A stretch of DNA of 64,000 bases from a virus. Position numbers and translations under genes: made by a program. Position 1 is the stretch's first letter. Every line of letters begins with the position of its first letter. Location: IMG/VR virus record IMGVR_UViG_3300035703_000047, positions 1 to 64,000 of that record; one strand, written 5' to 3'. Below, piece by piece: positions 9,101-18,539 of this stretch. The notes beneath the pieces were generated by a model that was given only the letters and a program-made list of their open reading frames with translations, did no database searches and was not told the DNA's origin.

Positions 9101-9523
9101 ATCTTCTTTCATTTTTTCTCTTCTAGCCTTTGACTTCGCAAGAATTCTCTCACGAGCAGCTTCCTGTTCAGACTTGGGGATATTAAACATATCTCTATCA
9201 GTCTTCAGTCTTTCCTGAGGGGGAATGACTTTAGCTCTAACTTTTCTACGATTTAAAAGATACTTATCAGACTTATCGTGATCTCCGTCGTTGTCAATAT
9301 CCTTATCTTCCTGACCTACTGGGTCAAGAGCTTCTTCTACTTTCTTTTTCTTGTCAGCAGCAATCGCAGCACCAACAGTAGCTCTTCTCTTCTTCAAATA
9401 GCTATCGGAAGAATCCGAATCACCATCATTATCCACGTCGTCATCTTCTTGACCGACTGGATCTAATTTTTTAGATGCTTTAGCTTCTGCAACAATACGC
9501 GAAAATTCTTCCCAACTAGCCAT
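6191..9523 (-). CDS. 1110-aa modular Lys/Glu-rich late protein, putative protease-processed polyprotein
   Basis: Repeated modules with acidic linkers; C-terminal AWTKKEGK...RINKSLRAWNC module; late promoter at 9550-9555. Confidence 0.8.
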   Translation of the reverse strand: MASWEEFSRIVAEAKASKKLDPVGQEDDDVDNDGDSDSSDSYLKKRRATVGAAIAADKKKKVEEALDPVGQEDKDIDNDGDHDKSDKYLLNRRKVRAKVIPPQERLKTDRDMFNIPKSEQEAARERILAKSKARREKMKEDVEQIDESDIGDRARRVVGDQRQGYHGDDDVLNKTRKKLDSPVLKSYPGGFPAFKGASKPSVKTTQVAHFEPEGEMVEEDKEYRREMRKVAARERAEERKEKGGKAAKSPGREGPSAGKTYADYQEISIKAHDKITKKNKNPIGLVTKEEYIEEMPYQVYGSHDGKKEKKIGKPVKSRKYAHDRADELSDTHKETGGKFRVQKEENDLDEGMSMKDFKANRRKLKRREASADAKKRGHVGKEWYNSGRTYSPDEAKSNRAKLDDEERRTRHRSSMDPEGDDSNYSADKTKNPKKLRKQKAMGEGYLEEKSLSRAQQRFMGMVYAAKKGGTPASPEVAKAASGMSKKAARDFAKTKHEGLPEKKEDTKEELCLVDRILLEVSDAQLMAAKARREERSKKQQDRLHQAKVATKANKMMRDEVKEKETPKEDKEKTKKEKAKDEVKTRNTATERAARTSAAGRVKAARIAREAEKEKEAARTERQRERLSYTEKSKKEREQKKSEQERKKEETRKSKEEEKAKQSKSKERQKELERKEKEKISQIKEREQSRKKRRSELKGDIKSAWSKPIKVAGDKKDTEAVSAGVSNVGNLVSAVAKTGVALGKYAYKKATEKKGEKGSEPPKSEKKEPVKSESKPETTSAERVSIKSDEKKTDTTPKKLSGTPERKKLPVSPERKKLVPSTKRLPAAGETGKPKRETGMSLGQRARRNPALKSSLIKSRMEEYSNWREEFIFEVDDQSIKEPQQKIIDVTKKKNKIEINPNMSEGCGCDEKEKEETPKKDMRDLPTKVNLVKTKARLMGSRNPMMMVVSKEETEIEEGMTMDDFKKQRRRQKEEPPVRKRGGISAPEDERSIGGEANRKNKDYWASVVGKNRDRGSGNKAKRRASKLGESAAWTKKEGKSESGGLNEKGRKSYERENPGSDLKAPSKKVGNPRRASFCSRMKGMKEKLTSAKTANDPDSRINKSLRAWNC
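9260..9470 (-). repeat. Duplicated LDPVGQEDxDxDNDGDxDxSDxYLxxRR module
   Basis: Two copies near the N-terminus of the 1110-aa protein; DxDNDG resembles a Ca-binding loop. Confidence 0.85.
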
Positions 9524-9548
9524 TTATTTTGTAGAAATACTGCTAGTT

Positions 9549-10802
9549 TTATTTATTCTTTTTGCCCTTACGGAATTTATCGTAAATGGAAGCAATCTTA
9601 ACACCAGTATAACTCTTAACCTCTTGACCTGGAGTTAATGACTGAACATAGTCTCTATACTCATCTGTACCAATCTCATGGGGATTCTCAACAAGATCTT
9701 TCAACCACGACTTAAACATTATACCGTCTTCAGTAACACAAATAACATAATTTGTTCCCCTACGAATAACTTCTCCAGTCAACCCTGTATTCATATTTTC
9801 GACAAGATTACCAACCCCATAAATGTGATCTACAAGATACGCATCTCTCATACCTTCTTCATCGAGTTTAGGAGCAACCTCCCATACTTCAGTCTCCTCA
9901 CTCACATTCATAGATCTACGAAGGACATTAAAGAGTTCCATTTTTTCCATGTTAGTAAGAGTATCTGGAACACCCTTTGCAAACTTCACAAAATTACCTT
10001 CCGCTGCAGCCAAACGAAGTTTAGATGCAGACATTCCAGTTACATCATCAGAGTCTGGATCTCTATCTCCTGCAGAAACTACTTCTAGTTGATCATAGTT
10101 ATAGAGTTCACCATTATACTTGTGACTTAAACCTTGAAACTCACTAAGTCTATCAGCACCAACCATAATGATCATGTTCTTATGACCTTCTTCATTTGAA
10201 CCAGTCAGTACATTGAAAATTGTCTTAGAACCCTTGTCATCAATAATACTATCCGCATAATCAGGGAACATTTGACGCATGTAAGAAATCTTCATCTGTG
10301 GAGTTAAAGGATTCTTCTTTGCGTCTTGTGAACGAGATGGGTAGATTCTTAGTTCATAACCTCTCTTTTCCGCTTCTTTTGCAGCTCTCTTTAAAAGTTT
10401 TTCGTGTCCAACTGTCGGTGGATTAAATCTACCAAATACTACTACAACTCCAGGTGTTTCTGGAACTGGCATTTCTGCAGGAACTTGTTCTTGAGAAGAT
10501 TGTTGTTCTGGTGGAACTTGTTGTGTAGTTTGTTGAGTAGGTTCTTGTGTAACATCCTGTTGTGTTTGTTGTGCAACTTGTGGTTGTGCTGCAGGTGTTT
10601 GTGGTTGACTTGGAGAGTCCTTTTGACCTGGGGTATTATCACTACCAAAAAATTTCAGTTTACCAGCCACGGTTTTAGCAACAAATTCGCCTTGCTTATC
10701 GTACCATCCTCCATGGCCATCTCCAGTCAAACCAAGTCTTTTGGCTTCGGAAGATGCAGAGGTTTCTCTGGCTTCGATGAGGAAGTTACTAAAATTTTTC
10801 AT
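9549..10802 (-). CDS. Cytidylyltransferase-like (HIGH/HxGH-superfamily) nucleotidyltransferase with a CTS-like leader
   Basis: VVFGRFNPPTVGH, VGADR, MSASKLR; N-terminus MKNFSNFLIE; late promoter at 10836-10841. Confidence 0.85.
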   Translation of the reverse strand: MKNFSNFLIEARETSASSEAKRLGLTGDGHGGWYDKQGEFVAKTVAGKLKFFGSDNTPGQKDSPSQPQTPAAQPQVAQQTQQDVTQEPTQQTTQQVPPEQQSSQEQVPAEMPVPETPGVVVVFGRFNPPTVGHEKLLKRAAKEAEKRGYELRIYPSRSQDAKKNPLTPQMKISYMRQMFPDYADSIIDDKGSKTIFNVLTGSNEEGHKNMIIMVGADRLSEFQGLSHKYNGELYNYDQLEVVSAGDRDPDSDDVTGMSASKLRLAAAEGNFVKFAKGVPDTLTNMEKMELFNVLRRSMNVSEETEVWEVAPKLDEEGMRDAYLVDHIYGVGNLVENMNTGLTGEVIRRGTNYVICVTEDGIMFKSWLKDLVENPHEIGTDEYRDYVQSLTPGQEVKSYTGVKIASIYDKFRKGKKNK

Positions 10803-10841
10803 TATTAACTGAGTAGGATTCCTTAACCATAAAGGTATTTA

Positions 10842-11912
10842 TTATTTTTCTTTTGGTGCATAAGCTGCTGGACCAGCTTCCACATAAAATTTTAATTCTT
10901 TAATTTGGAAGTCTTCCCCACTTCCAGCAACTCTTTTTTTAAATCTTAACTGAAACAGTTCTTTATTTCCAGGAACTATTTTAAATTTTAAGTTATCTCC
11001 AGTTTTTTGTACATCTATTGATGTTGTTTTTTGTTGAAGCTCATTTATGTAATCAACAGTAATTTCTTTTATTTTTGTTTTATCAATATCAACTACATTA
11101 GCTAAATCAGATCCAAAAGTCATGGACTTAAATAATTCAAAAGCTTGATCTTTAAAAGTAGAATTTCTAGAAGCATCCTCAAGTGATTCCAAAGTTTCTT
11201 TATATAATTCTTTAATAGTATCTACCTTTAATTTTTTTTCTAATGGAGTTCTTGCTTGTGCAAGTTGTTCTCCCAATATTTTTCTATATTTTGTTTCGTT
11301 TGGAAGTGTAACTCCAAATCTTTTTACAATGTCCATCATTCCATTAAATGGACTTAAGTTAGCTAAGGTTTTACTTCCAGACTTCAAAGAAAAACTCAAT
11401 GTCCTATCAAGTTGTTTAGTTCCATTCATAGTTACACTAACTTCTAAATCACCCTTAATATCCCCACCAGAAGATTCTCCAGCAATCCCATCAGCATTAA
11501 TGAGAATATCAACTTTATCTGACTTATTGTTTTTTAAATAACTGTCTTTTGTTCTCCGAATAAGATCTTGATAATGTGTTTTAGTGAACGTAATCAGATT
11601 ATCAATCTTTCTATCAATGTTTCCTACGTCTGCACTTTTCTCATAAAGTGGTGCATAGTTTGGCCCAAATGCCATGTTTGTAGATTCATACTTTAATCTA
11701 ATAATTAATGTAACCTTAATTTGATCTTGCGGACGACCATCTTTAAATTCTCTAACTACAATTTCAGATCTACCATTTTTAAAAATACCTGGATCGATTT
11801 GTCTTCTCCACTTATTGACATTCGATTTATTAATCGTACCATTTGCAAATAACTCGGCAAGACAGATGGCAAAAACGCCCTCCATCACATCTCCCTCATT
11901 TAACTTTGCCAT
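10842..11912 (-). CDS. Late hypothetical protein, possible restriction-endonuclease-like fold
   Basis: Likely start MAKLNE; KGDL...SFSLK motif. Confidence 0.7.
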   Translation of the reverse strand: MAKLNEGDVMEGVFAICLAELFANGTINKSNVNKWRRQIDPGIFKNGRSEIVVREFKDGRPQDQIKVTLIIRLKYESTNMAFGPNYAPLYEKSADVGNIDRKIDNLITFTKTHYQDLIRRTKDSYLKNNKSDKVDILINADGIAGESSGGDIKGDLEVSVTMNGTKQLDRTLSFSLKSGSKTLANLSPFNGMMDIVKRFGVTLPNETKYRKILGEQLAQARTPLEKKLKVDTIKELYKETLESLEDASRNSTFKDQAFELFKSMTFGSDLANVVDIDKTKIKEITVDYINELQQKTTSIDVQKTGDNLKFKIVPGNKELFQLRFKKRVAGSGEDFQIKELKFYVEAGPAAYAPKEK

Positions 11913-11919
11913 AAGTACC

Positions 11920-11952
11920 AAAAAACCCTTCCAAATATTTATGGAAGGGTTT
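11920..11952 (-). terminator. Terminator of the replication operon with late promoter TAAATA in its loop
   Basis: Minus strand AAACCCTTCCA-TAAATATT-TGGAAGGGTTT-TTT. Confidence 0.8.
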
Positions 11953-11956
11953 CAAA

Positions 11957-12136
11957 TTATTTGTTAGAAATATAGTTTTCCATTGCCTCATCAAGATTCA
12001 AAAGAACTTCACGAATATTAGAGATTCGTTTTGGTTCCGTTGGACCTTCAGCATAACCCTTTTGAGCATCAATCAAAGCCATAAGAACTTCACTCGATTC
12101 TTCAAAAGTCATCTCAAGAACTACTTTCTTTTTCAC
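11957..12136 (-). CDS. 59-aa hypothetical protein (GTG start)
   Basis: MKKKVVLEMTFEESSEVLMALIDAQKGY...; GTGA overlap with the mazG stop. Confidence 0.65.
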   Translation of the reverse strand: MKKKVVLEMTFEESSEVLMALIDAQKGYAEGPTEPKRISNIREVLLNLDEAMENYISNK

Positions 12137-12543
12137 AGATCACCTTCCACCCGGTTCTCGGAATAGTACGGATCAAAAGAACCACCAGGATAGCGTTTCT
12201 CAAGTTTAGTTACATTACCTGCGATGACTTCATCAATAGTAACTCCAAGAGCCATACAAGCTTGTGCAACATACCACATAATATCACCAAGTTCAATGAT
12301 AAGATGATGTCGGTTATCTTCATTGAAGGGTTTACCTTGGAAGATCATTTTCTTAATGATCTCAAGAAACTCCCCACCCTCAGCATTGATACCAACGCCT
12401 GCAGTCAAAAGTCGTTCAATATTTGCACCTTTCTCATCCAGTTCTACAAGACGATTAGAAAGAGCAAGAAAATCAGTAGATGCTTCAGAAGTCACTGCAT
12501 CTACAAAATGAGTATATTTTGCAAAGTCAATATTTTTAGTCAT
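12133..12543 (-). CDS. mazG: MazG-like nucleotide pyrophosphohydrolase
   Basis: EGGEFLEIIKK, ELGDIMWY, KLEKRYPGG. Confidence 0.92.
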   Translation of the reverse strand: MTKNIDFAKYTHFVDAVTSEASTDFLALSNRLVELDEKGANIERLLTAGVGINAEGGEFLEIIKKMIFQGKPFNEDNRHHLIIELGDIMWYVAQACMALGVTIDEVIAGNVTKLEKRYPGGSFDPYYSENRVEGDL

Positions 12544-13925
12544 CAGAATTTAAATCCCTCGAATGATTTTTTAGGTCCTGTTTTCTTTTCCTCATAAGTA
12601 TACTCCTCTTCTTGTCCAGAGTCAAGTATATCACTTTGAGCACTCTGTTCACAATCATAGAGTCGCATCTTTGCACGATCGATTCCTACAATAAATCTTT
12701 TATTGATTGTAGGATCATTATAACGGTTCTTCAATTGTTTTACCATAATCTGTCCCAACTCTTCAAGCTCTTCTGTTCCAATAAGGGCAAACATAAGATC
12801 AGCAGTAGCAGGGAGACCAAAGGACTCACTAGTATCAGTAAGTTCAACATCGCTATTACCATAACCTGAACGAGTAGTCTGAGTAGCGGAGACAATCGGG
12901 AGGTTAAACTCAACGGCGAGTCCCCTAAGTTCTTCAGCAATAGCCTTGATATACGAATAAGAATTGACAGAAAGATTACCCTTATACCGAGAGGAAGCAC
13001 AAATATTAAGGTAATCAATGAAGATAATATCAGGCTTAAATGACTTCTTAAGTGCAAGTTCATTAAGAAGTGACTTAAAGTGTCCACTATGCGCCGATGC
13101 AGTTGGATACTCTTTAATTATAAGAGTTCCTTGAGTCTTCTTTGCAAGATTACTAACTTTTGTCTCAAACATTTGGCGAGGAAGATTAGCAATTTCTTGA
13201 ATATTAACATTTAAAAGATTTGCGTCAATCCTTTCAGCAATCCTTTCTTCAGCCATCTCCATAGTAATATAAAGTACATTCTTACCGCGAAGAAGAACAG
13301 AAGCAGCAAAATGACACATGAATAGAGACTTACCAACACCAGTGCCTGCAAGAGCAATGTTGAGAGTTTTATTAGGAATTCCACCCTTTGTAATCTTGTT
13401 GAAGAATTCCAAATCAAAAGGAATTTTTTCTTCGGTCTGATGGTAAAATTCGTATCGTTCTCCATAGTCCTGAAGGTAATCGTGACCTACATTCGTATCA
13501 AAACTAACTGCAAGTGCATCTGAAAGAATAGATGGGATTGCATCTTTAGTTTTCTTAGAGTCCTTACCATCGACAATAGAGATAGACTCCATCAATGCAA
13601 GATAGATGGCTTTATCACGACACCACTTCTCAGTAGTATCACATAGCCAAGATGTATCTAGAAGAGATTCATCAAGACCAAAAACGTATTGAGTTACTTC
13701 TGCATAAGTATTCTCATTGAGATCTGTACGGTTCTCAACTTCAACATGAAGAATTTCCTTAGTAGGCAGTTTATTATAATTAAAAATAAACTTACAAATC
13801 TCCTCAAAAACTACTTTCTCAGTGTAGTCAGTAAAGTATTCAGTTCGGATAAAAGGTAGAACCTTTCTAGAATATTCTTCATTAAATGCGAGACTCCTGA
13901 GAATAGTAGTTTCAACCCTTTCCAT
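12543..13925 (-). CDS. gp41: Replicative DNA helicase
   Basis: Walker A AGTGVGKS, IFIDYLN, SATQTTR; probable start MERVET. Confidence 0.95.
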   Translation of the reverse strand: MERVETTILRSLAFNEEYSRKVLPFIRTEYFTDYTEKVVFEEICKFIFNYNKLPTKEILHVEVENRTDLNENTYAEVTQYVFGLDESLLDTSWLCDTTEKWCRDKAIYLALMESISIVDGKDSKKTKDAIPSILSDALAVSFDTNVGHDYLQDYGERYEFYHQTEEKIPFDLEFFNKITKGGIPNKTLNIALAGTGVGKSLFMCHFAASVLLRGKNVLYITMEMAEERIAERIDANLLNVNIQEIANLPRQMFETKVSNLAKKTQGTLIIKEYPTASAHSGHFKSLLNELALKKSFKPDIIFIDYLNICASSRYKGNLSVNSYSYIKAIAEELRGLAVEFNLPIVSATQTTRSGYGNSDVELTDTSESFGLPATADLMFALIGTEELEELGQIMVKQLKNRYNDPTINKRFIVGIDRAKMRLYDCEQSAQSDILDSGQEEEYTYEEKKTGPKKSFEGFKF

Positions 13926-14464
13926 TAGTAATAGTGACAATAAGTGGACATAATATACTTAACTCCTTTGTTGACACGCAATCCTGCATGAGGATACTGC
14001 CAAGTAGGAGGAAACACCATGACTGATCCTGTTTTAGGAACAATCTTTTTGTTATGATGAGGAAATTCTGTTTCCCCACCAGTAAAGTCATCATTCAAAT
14101 AATACAAGAAAGCTAAATACCTTCTTGCGGATGCATAATTTTCTACATCAACATGAATATCAAAACGATCGTGACTACGTGAATGATATTTTTTGATGCG
14201 AAACTCCTCCAAAAAAAGTCTTGTTGGATACCATCTAGTGTAATCGGAAAACTCTTTTTTGTAAAGATCCAATACACTCTTTGTTAATAGAGATAGCTTT
14301 TGAATATTTTCCGGATGTTTTTGATTGATATTCAGTTGAGTAAAGTTGGGAGTACCCTTATTATTAATAATTTCTTTGTACCCACTAACATCAAATAGAT
14401 GGATTAAAGTATCGCATAAATCTTTATCAAGTATATTATCATATACCTTGATAAAATCATCCAT
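13925..14464 (-). CDS. 2OG-Fe(II) oxygenase
   Basis: [17 protein letters not shown]...YPH, KY motifs; probable start MDDFIK. Confidence 0.9.
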   Translation of the reverse strand: MDDFIKVYDNILDKDLCDTLIHLFDVSGYKEIINNKGTPNFTQLNINQKHPENIQKLSLLTKSVLDLYKKEFSDYTRWYPTRLFLEEFRIKKYHSRSHDRFDIHVDVENYASARRYLAFLYYLNDDFTGGETEFPHHNKKIVPKTGSVMVFPPTWQYPHAGLRVNKGVKYIMSTYCHYY

Positions 14465-15458
14465 AACAAAACTCTTTCTGTGCGATTTCATCTAAAGCTT
14501 GCATTACTTCTGTCGTAAAATATTCTTCGGGATTTGCAAGAATTTGTTTACCATAAATTTTCTTACCATCAATTTCATAGCGACCCGCAACGTTTTTCCA
14601 AAGTCCTCCAATTTCTCCAAGTTCCAATAACCCATAATATCGGTCCAATCCTCTCTCATCGTAGTAGAGACGTACTTCCACATCTTTATTCTCCTTACTT
14701 AAACGCGATTTAGCAGTCTTAGCCTTGATAATATTGCCGACCACTTCTGTTCCATCCTTTTCTTTCTTTTTGCTGAGATAAATGATACTAGAAGCGGCAT
14801 ACTTAAGACCACTGCCGCCGCCCATTTCTTTCGTTGGTACATACGAACCAATAACATCATAAGTATGATTTGTGACAATCATTGGAATTTTTGCTTGTCC
14901 AAGTTTAAGAGTAAGCATACGGAATGCACCTTTAATAAGTTGTGATTTGGTCATGTCACGAACTTCTTTATCATTCAATGCATCCGTGATTTCTTTACTT
15001 GTAGAAAGCATTCCCAAAGAGTCCAACACAAACATACAAGGATTACGTTCAGACTCAGGTTTTTTCATGTAAAGATCTACTGCTTTGAGTGCCGTTCCGC
15101 GAAACTCTTCAACAGTAACAACATTAACAACCACCAAACGAGTAGTATCAATTCCACGAGATTCTAGTAAAGATTTAGTGATAGCAGCCTCAGTGTCAAA
15201 GTAGAGACAGTAACCATCGGGATTATTATCAAGAAAGTTCTTAACCACGGCGAGAGAGAAAAAAGTCTTTCCAGTAGAAGACTCTCCAGCAATAGCAGTA
15301 ATCTTATTCCCAGATACACCACCAAATATGCTACCTGAAACCAGTGCATTAAAAATGTATGAACCCGTGTCAACATAAGTTTCCGTCTCATCAATATCAG
15401 AAGCAAGTTGTGTATACTCACTACCAATTTCTTTTACAATATCTTTAAGAAAATCCAT
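14457..15458 (-). CDS. uvsX: RecA-like recombinase
   Basis: [25 protein letters not shown]. Confidence 0.95.
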   Translation of the reverse strand: MDFLKDIVKEIGSEYTQLASDIDETETYVDTGSYIFNALVSGSIFGGVSGNKITAIAGESSTGKTFFSLAVVKNFLDNNPDGYCLYFDTEAAITKSLLESRGIDTTRLVVVNVVTVEEFRGTALKAVDLYMKKPESERNPCMFVLDSLGMLSTSKEITDALNDKEVRDMTKSQLIKGAFRMLTLKLGQAKIPMIVTNHTYDVIGSYVPTKEMGGGSGLKYAASSIIYLSKKKEKDGTEVVGNIIKAKTAKSRLSKENKDVEVRLYYDERGLDRYYGLLELGEIGGLWKNVAGRYEIDGKKIYGKQILANPEEYFTTEVMQALDEIAQKEFCYG

Positions 15459-15622
15459 CAGGCTACCATCCCATATTGTTCACGAAGAATTTTTTTGTAA
15501 GGAAGGCCTTGTTCACGCAATTCCCTTACAAGTTTAAGTTTTTGATATAGTGCCGTATTACCACCCATAGTCATGGCACTAATAATAGTATTCAGTTCAT
15601 CATCATTAATAGGTAAATCCAT
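15458..15622 (-). CDS. 54-aa hypothetical protein
   Basis: [32 protein letters not shown]...; fills the gap and is coupled to uvsX. Confidence 0.65.
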   Translation of the reverse strand: MDLPINDDELNTIISAMTMGGNTALYQKLKLVRELREQGLPYKKILREQYGMVA

Positions 15623-15784
15623 TCATTCCTCCAAATTTTTAGCCTCTGTACATATGACCCAATTATACCTCTTTTTAAGTTCATTTGCAAACCAATATGC
15701 AGCGGAAACTGAATCAAATAGTTTTCTATTTTTAACTGGAGATAACTCCCCAGGTTCAGTCCAAACTACTACATATTTACTCAC
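15623..15784 (-). CDS. 53-aa hypothetical protein (GTG start)
   Basis: MSKYVVVWTEPGELSPVKNRKLFDS...; GTGA overlap with the gp43 stop. Confidence 0.55.
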   Translation of the reverse strand: MSKYVVVWTEPGELSPVKNRKLFDSVSAAYWFANELKKRYNWVICTEAKNLEE

Positions 15785-18279
15785 GAAAAGAAACTCTCCA
15801 AACTAATGCTCTTTTCAACCGACCAACCAATTGAATCAAGAATAATCTTCATCGGTTCTACAAAAGACTTACTAAACTGCGTGTCATAATCTATATATTT
15901 TTCCAATTCAAGTTCTCTAGGGAAATCTTGGATAAAAGCCATTACATTTTCCTGAATAGGATTGGGAACTTTCAGATAAAGAAATTTTATCTTCTCTCCA
16001 CTTTGTATTGCGGGATACTTTTTATCCAGTCCAGCTTTCTTTGTGTAATGATTGTAAAGAATAGCGCCTCTAACATGAAAAGGAACTCCCTTATTATACA
16101 TTGTACTTTTAGAGATCCATTTATTGATCTCAGAAACACTACGAGGAAATGCAATCTGTTCTGGTGTCAATGATCTAAATTCTTTACGAGAGTTTTCAAT
16201 AAAATCGATTACATCATCTTCACCTTTAGTCATGATCAGGTCAATTGCATCTTTAATCATCTTCCGACAAGGTGCAGGAGTTGAAGTTTTGATTGCCTCG
16301 ATGCCCATCATTTTCAGTTTGGGTTTCTCATAACGAACTCCCTCAGAGTCCCACACACGAAGGATATAACGTTTTTTACCTGTCCAGATTCCACGTTCCG
16401 CAATATTCTCACGTTTCATGTACATCTTTTGATCGTATGCATTCAAGTAGTCGGCCAATTCTTGGTAAGAACCTTCAATATACTTTTCAAGTTCCAACGA
16501 ACAGACCTTATCAAGGAAAGTAACAACTTCATCAGTAGTTTTCTCTCTCCCTTTGAATACAGCGTCAACAAAAGGACCCATATTAAGATAAATGGAGTCA
16601 GTATCCATAGCAATGACATAATCAACCTCCTGAGTTTTGAGAACCTTATTCATATAAGAGTTCATTTTCTCCTCAATCCACTGAATGGCTACTTGACCAG
16701 ATAGAGTGATCGCTTCTGCATTTGCAAGTTTGTAGTAACGGAAATATTCATTACCAATAGCACCATAAGCAGAGTTAAGTGCAATCTTTTTAGCCATCTG
16801 AATGTTATCGCAACGAGAAATCTCTTTTTCCAATTCCTTGGTTTTAGTTTTCTCATAAGCTTTCTTCGCCTCAATCATCTTCTTTTTGAAGATAACTCGT
16901 TCATTGTACATCTTCTCCATAAGTTCTGGAAGGAACCCACGAATATCTTTCCTATACATTGCACCATTTGCACATACTGCATAGTCTTTGTACATCTCAA
17001 ATGTTAGTTCTTTCTTTAAGACTTTCTCCACATTCACATTGGGGTGACGAGTATCAACAAGAGTTTCTGGAGAAATGTTGTACTGCATAATCAAATGCGG
17101 GTACAGGGAGTTAAGGTCAAAGTTCACGACCCATTCATACATTCCTGGAGTCGGTTCTTTAACATAAGCGCCTGCATACTTTTCGCTCTTAGTATTGCGT
17201 TCCTTCTGAGGGATTACAATCTTTTTCTTGAGAAGATAATTGTAGATAATTGCATCCCAAGTCCTTACCTGATATGCAATGTCATTGAAGTTTACCTTTG
17301 CGTCAAACGCACGAGTGAAACATAGGTCAATGAGTTTTAGTTTATCCTCAAGTCGGTCTACAAGTTCTACGTCAACAATATTATATTCCACAAACTTTTG
17401 CCAGTTATTGGAATAGAAGTCACGAAAAGTATCGTATTCCGAGTGATCCAACTTGTTCTGACCCAACTCCATGAAAGCAATATGATCCAGTCGGTAGCTT
17501 TCCTGATTAGGAGTTGCAGGAGATTTCTTATAGAGATCCAGATAATCAATAATAGAAACACCAGCGATATCAACACTAAGTTGTTTACGACCAGAAATAG
17601 TTACCTCATTAACACGAACAATATTCCAAGGAGAAAGTTTCTTTGCAACCTTCTCACCCATCAATCTCGAAATACGACCCACAAGATATGGAAGGTCATA
17701 AAGTTCACAGTTCCAACCAGTAATTACTTCTGGAGTATTGTTCTGCCACCAATCCATAAAGGAACCAATCAGAGCATACTCATCCTTGCAATAAATATAA
17801 TTTACATTTTCTTGCGTGACTTTTGCAGGACGAGAACCAAATGTAGTAATCTGTTTAGTATTATAGTCCTGAACCGTAATCAATAAAAGTTCTTCAGCAC
17901 AATTAAATACATCAGGAAATCCACTTTCAGCAGCAACCTCGATATCAATTGTAACAAGTTTAATTTTGTTAATATCAAACTTAATTTCATCCTCGGGATA
18001 TTTTTCCGCAATATACTGATAAATGAATCTATCATTTCCGTACACACGGAATCCATCCACACCAGAGTATTTCTCAAGGAAATCTTTACAATCCCTAATT
18101 GTACCAGGGCGAATTGGTTCCACATCCTGACCATCTAGGGTTTTATATTCACTCTTCTTTTTCGAAGGAACGTAAAATGTTGGAAAAAACTCTTCTTTTA
18201 CTGTAAAATGTTTTCCGTTTTCATATCCACGAACAAGGATATTATTTCCAAGAAGAAAGACATTTGTATAAAATTTCAT
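15781..18279 (-). CDS. gp43: Family B DNA polymerase
   Basis: Exo DIE, DLNSLYP, KIALNSAYG, DTDS; C-terminal clamp-binding SLESFF. Confidence 0.97.
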   Translation of the reverse strand: MKFYTNVFLLGNNILVRGYENGKHFTVKEEFFPTFYVPSKKKSEYKTLDGQDVEPIRPGTIRDCKDFLEKYSGVDGFRVYGNDRFIYQYIAEKYPEDEIKFDINKIKLVTIDIEVAAESGFPDVFNCAEELLLITVQDYNTKQITTFGSRPAKVTQENVNYIYCKDEYALIGSFMDWWQNNTPEVITGWNCELYDLPYLVGRISRLMGEKVAKKLSPWNIVRVNEVTISGRKQLSVDIAGVSIIDYLDLYKKSPATPNQESYRLDHIAFMELGQNKLDHSEYDTFRDFYSNNWQKFVEYNIVDVELVDRLEDKLKLIDLCFTRAFDAKVNFNDIAYQVRTWDAIIYNYLLKKKIVIPQKERNTKSEKYAGAYVKEPTPGMYEWVVNFDLNSLYPHLIMQYNISPETLVDTRHPNVNVEKVLKKELTFEMYKDYAVCANGAMYRKDIRGFLPELMEKMYNERVIFKKKMIEAKKAYEKTKTKELEKEISRCDNIQMAKKIALNSAYGAIGNEYFRYYKLANAEAITLSGQVAIQWIEEKMNSYMNKVLKTQEVDYVIAMDTDSIYLNMGPFVDAVFKGREKTTDEVVTFLDKVCSLELEKYIEGSYQELADYLNAYDQKMYMKRENIAERGIWTGKKRYILRVWDSEGVRYEKPKLKMMGIEAIKTSTPAPCRKMIKDAIDLIMTKGEDDVIDFIENSRKEFRSLTPEQIAFPRSVSEINKWISKSTMYNKGVPFHVRGAILYNHYTKKAGLDKKYPAIQSGEKIKFLYLKVPNPIQENVMAFIQDFPRELELEKYIDYDTQFSKSFVEPMKIILDSIGWSVEKSISLESFFS

Positions 18280-18539
18280 TGAATAAGAGTCAAATAATCA
18301 TTAAGTAGAGTTTCTTTTGGATCAACTAAAGTCAAAATCTTGTCTGAAGAGATCATAATCGCATCCGAAGAATCGGTAAACTCAGATAACCATGGGCTCA
18401 ATTTTTCCTCCATAATTTGATATGGATTTATAAGTTTGCAATCTGGTTCTCCAAGTTCCGATACCATTGCGGCAATTCTAGAAATAATTGTTGTTCCGCC
18501 AACTAAAACAATAACTTGAACATCATCCATTTTCTCCAT
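18276..18539 (-). CDS. Conserved small hypothetical protein (Sm-like fold possible)
   Basis: GEPDCKLINPY...PWL...ISSDKILTLVDP. Confidence 0.75.
   Translation of the reverse strand: MEKMDDVQVIVLVGGTTIISRIAAMVSELGEPDCKLINPYQIMEEKLSPWLSEFTDSSDAIMISSDKILTLVDPKETLLNDYLTLIQ

Noticed and set aside
10480-10620. Gln-rich low-complexity DNA (TTG/TTGT runs on the plus strand)
   Set aside because: Explained by the Q/P/T linker of the nucleotidyltransferase; not a regular array
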